From assembly GCA_963739455.1 (NCBI GenBank), contig CAVUAK010000001.1, positions 1,632,001 to 1,696,000 on the forward strand: 64,000 nucleotides of DNA, read 5' to 3'. This DNA is from an uncultured Gemmatimonadales bacterium. GTDB lineage: Bacteria > Gemmatimonadota > Gemmatimonadetes > Gemmatimonadales > GWC2-71-9. Below, in pieces: positions 63,073 to 64,000 of the stretch (position 1 is its first letter; each line of letters begins with the position of its first letter). The notes below the pieces were generated by a model that saw nothing but the letters and a program-made list of their open reading frames with translations, did no database searches and was not told the DNA's origin. A program made the translations under genes and the position numbers.

Positions 63073-63867
63073 GTGAGGGCATTCTTCAAGCAGATCGCAG
63101 CACGAATGCCACACCGCTGGCAGCAAGAGGCGAAGCGGCACCTCTTCCGCTGGCGCATCGCGCGAAACCAGTACAGTGCCGATGAGCCGGAGGTACGGCT
63201 ACTCGATGGCTTGATTGAACCGGGCGACTGGGTTCTTGATGTAGGCGCCAACGTGGGTCACTACACCATGCGGTTGTCAGAGCTGGTTGGCCCGTCGGGA
63301 CGCGTTCTCGCGTTCGAACCAGTACCCGACTCCTTCGAGCTCCTGTCCGCAGCGGCGTGTCTGTCGCGCTTTTCCAATATCACGCTCTTCAATGCTGCCG
63401 CCTCTGACAACACCTCGCTCGCAAGCATGTCGATCCCACGCGGGCCCAGCGGGTTGCTCAACTACTATCGGGCCCAGCTGGGCATTGGCCCTGCCGATGT
63501 TCGCACGCTGTGCATCCCGATTGACTCGCTCCAGCTCGAGGCACGCGTCACGCTCGTGAAGATCGACGCCGAAGGCCACGAAATGTCGGTACTGCGTGGG
63601 ATGACCCGGCTTCTCGAGCGCGATCACCCTGTCCTGCTGATCGAGGACAGCTCTCAGGCAATTCCGGCATTCCTCGCTACGTTCGGCTACGGGATGACGC
63701 GTCAGGGCGACTCGTTCAACTGCACCTATCGCGCGAACAGCGGCCAGGCTGTTGGCGAGGGCATTGCCGCCCACACGCGTGATGGTACGACTCCGCTATA
63801 CCGCGACGCTGAGTGTGGCCACGAAGCCGGTGGTGACGTCGCCAGCAATCGACGGGATCTCGAGTGA
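63073..63867 (+). CDS. FkbM-family methyltransferase
   Basis: LDVGANVG, AFEP and VKIDAEGHE motifs. Confidence 0.88.
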   Translation: MRAFFKQIAARMPHRWQQEAKRHLFRWRIARNQYSADEPEVRLLDGLIEPGDWVLDVGANVGHYTMRLSELVGPSGRVLAFEPVPDSFELLSAAACLSRFSNITLFNAAASDNTSLASMSIPRGPSGLLNYYRAQLGIGPADVRTLCIPIDSLQLEARVTLVKIDAEGHEMSVLRGMTRLLERDHPVLLIEDSSQAIPAFLATFGYGMTRQGDSFNCTYRANSGQAVGEGIAAHTRDGTTPLYRDAECGHEAGGDVASNRRDLE

Positions 63868-63999
63868 CGCGCCGTCGCTGAAGACGTTGTCGGTCGCCAG
63901 GCTCGTCTGGGACAGGTTCAGGATGCTCTGCTCGTAACCCGCCGTTGCATACACCAGGTCACAGGTTGCTTTCGGCAGTGCGAGCTGCGAGGTGGCGAC
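63796..63999 (-). CDS. C-terminus of an intradiol ring-cleavage dioxygenase-like protein (partial)
   Basis: Manual translation VATSQLALPKATCDLVYATAGYEQSILNLSQTSLATDNVFSDG...GFVATLSVAV-stop; not in the ORF track. Confidence 0.65.
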   Translation of the reverse strand, partial: VATSQLALPKATCDLVYATAGYEQSILNLSQTSLATDNVFSDGASLEIPSIAGDVTTGFVATLSVAV

Positions 64000-64000
64000 C

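Noticed and set aside
63796..63867. 72-bp convergent overlap between FkbM and the dioxygenase-like gene as an antisense control feature
   Set aside because: The FkbM tail lies past the recognisable domain and may be a chance or error-derived extension.

Overview
High-GC bacterial DNA. Several conserved hypothetical proteins look like Gemmatimonadota, but that assignment is inference. Bases 1-37.2 kb hold a large Wzx/Wzy-type exopolysaccharide or cell-surface glycan locus: Wza-, Wzc-, Wzx- and Wzy-like genes, a priming transferase, about 8 glycosyltransferases and WecB. The locus also carries many decorating enzymes (two deacetylases, FemAB-like, ATP-grasp, MBOAT plus SGNH, acyltransferase-3, a methyltransferase), two lyase-like lipoproteins, an embedded HMG-CoA lyase with a two-subunit CoA-transferase, and its own sigma-54 activator, histidine kinase and orphan receiver. 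Candidate sigma-54 -24/-12 boxes sit in front of most of its transcription units. Bases 37.5-53 kb are mostly housekeeping genes (NYN protein, mpg, kbl, tdh, rlmI-like, aroH, thiE, mltG, ruvX, rho, VanZ, DMT, csp). Their junctions carry a dispersed 21-bp tandem repeat family and 7-9-mer tandem repeats. Bases 53.3-61.8 kb form a co-oriented cluster of six uncharacterised exported proteins: a beta-barrel fused to a His-rich helical domain, a second barrel, and two tandem paralog pairs. A Tat-signal aminotransferase, an FkbM methyltransferase and a partial intradiol-dioxygenase-like gene end the window. Many genes carry single-base frameshifts, most likely long-read assembly errors. No rRNA, tRNA, CRISPR array or transposase was seen. 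All calls come from motif recognition; no searches were run.
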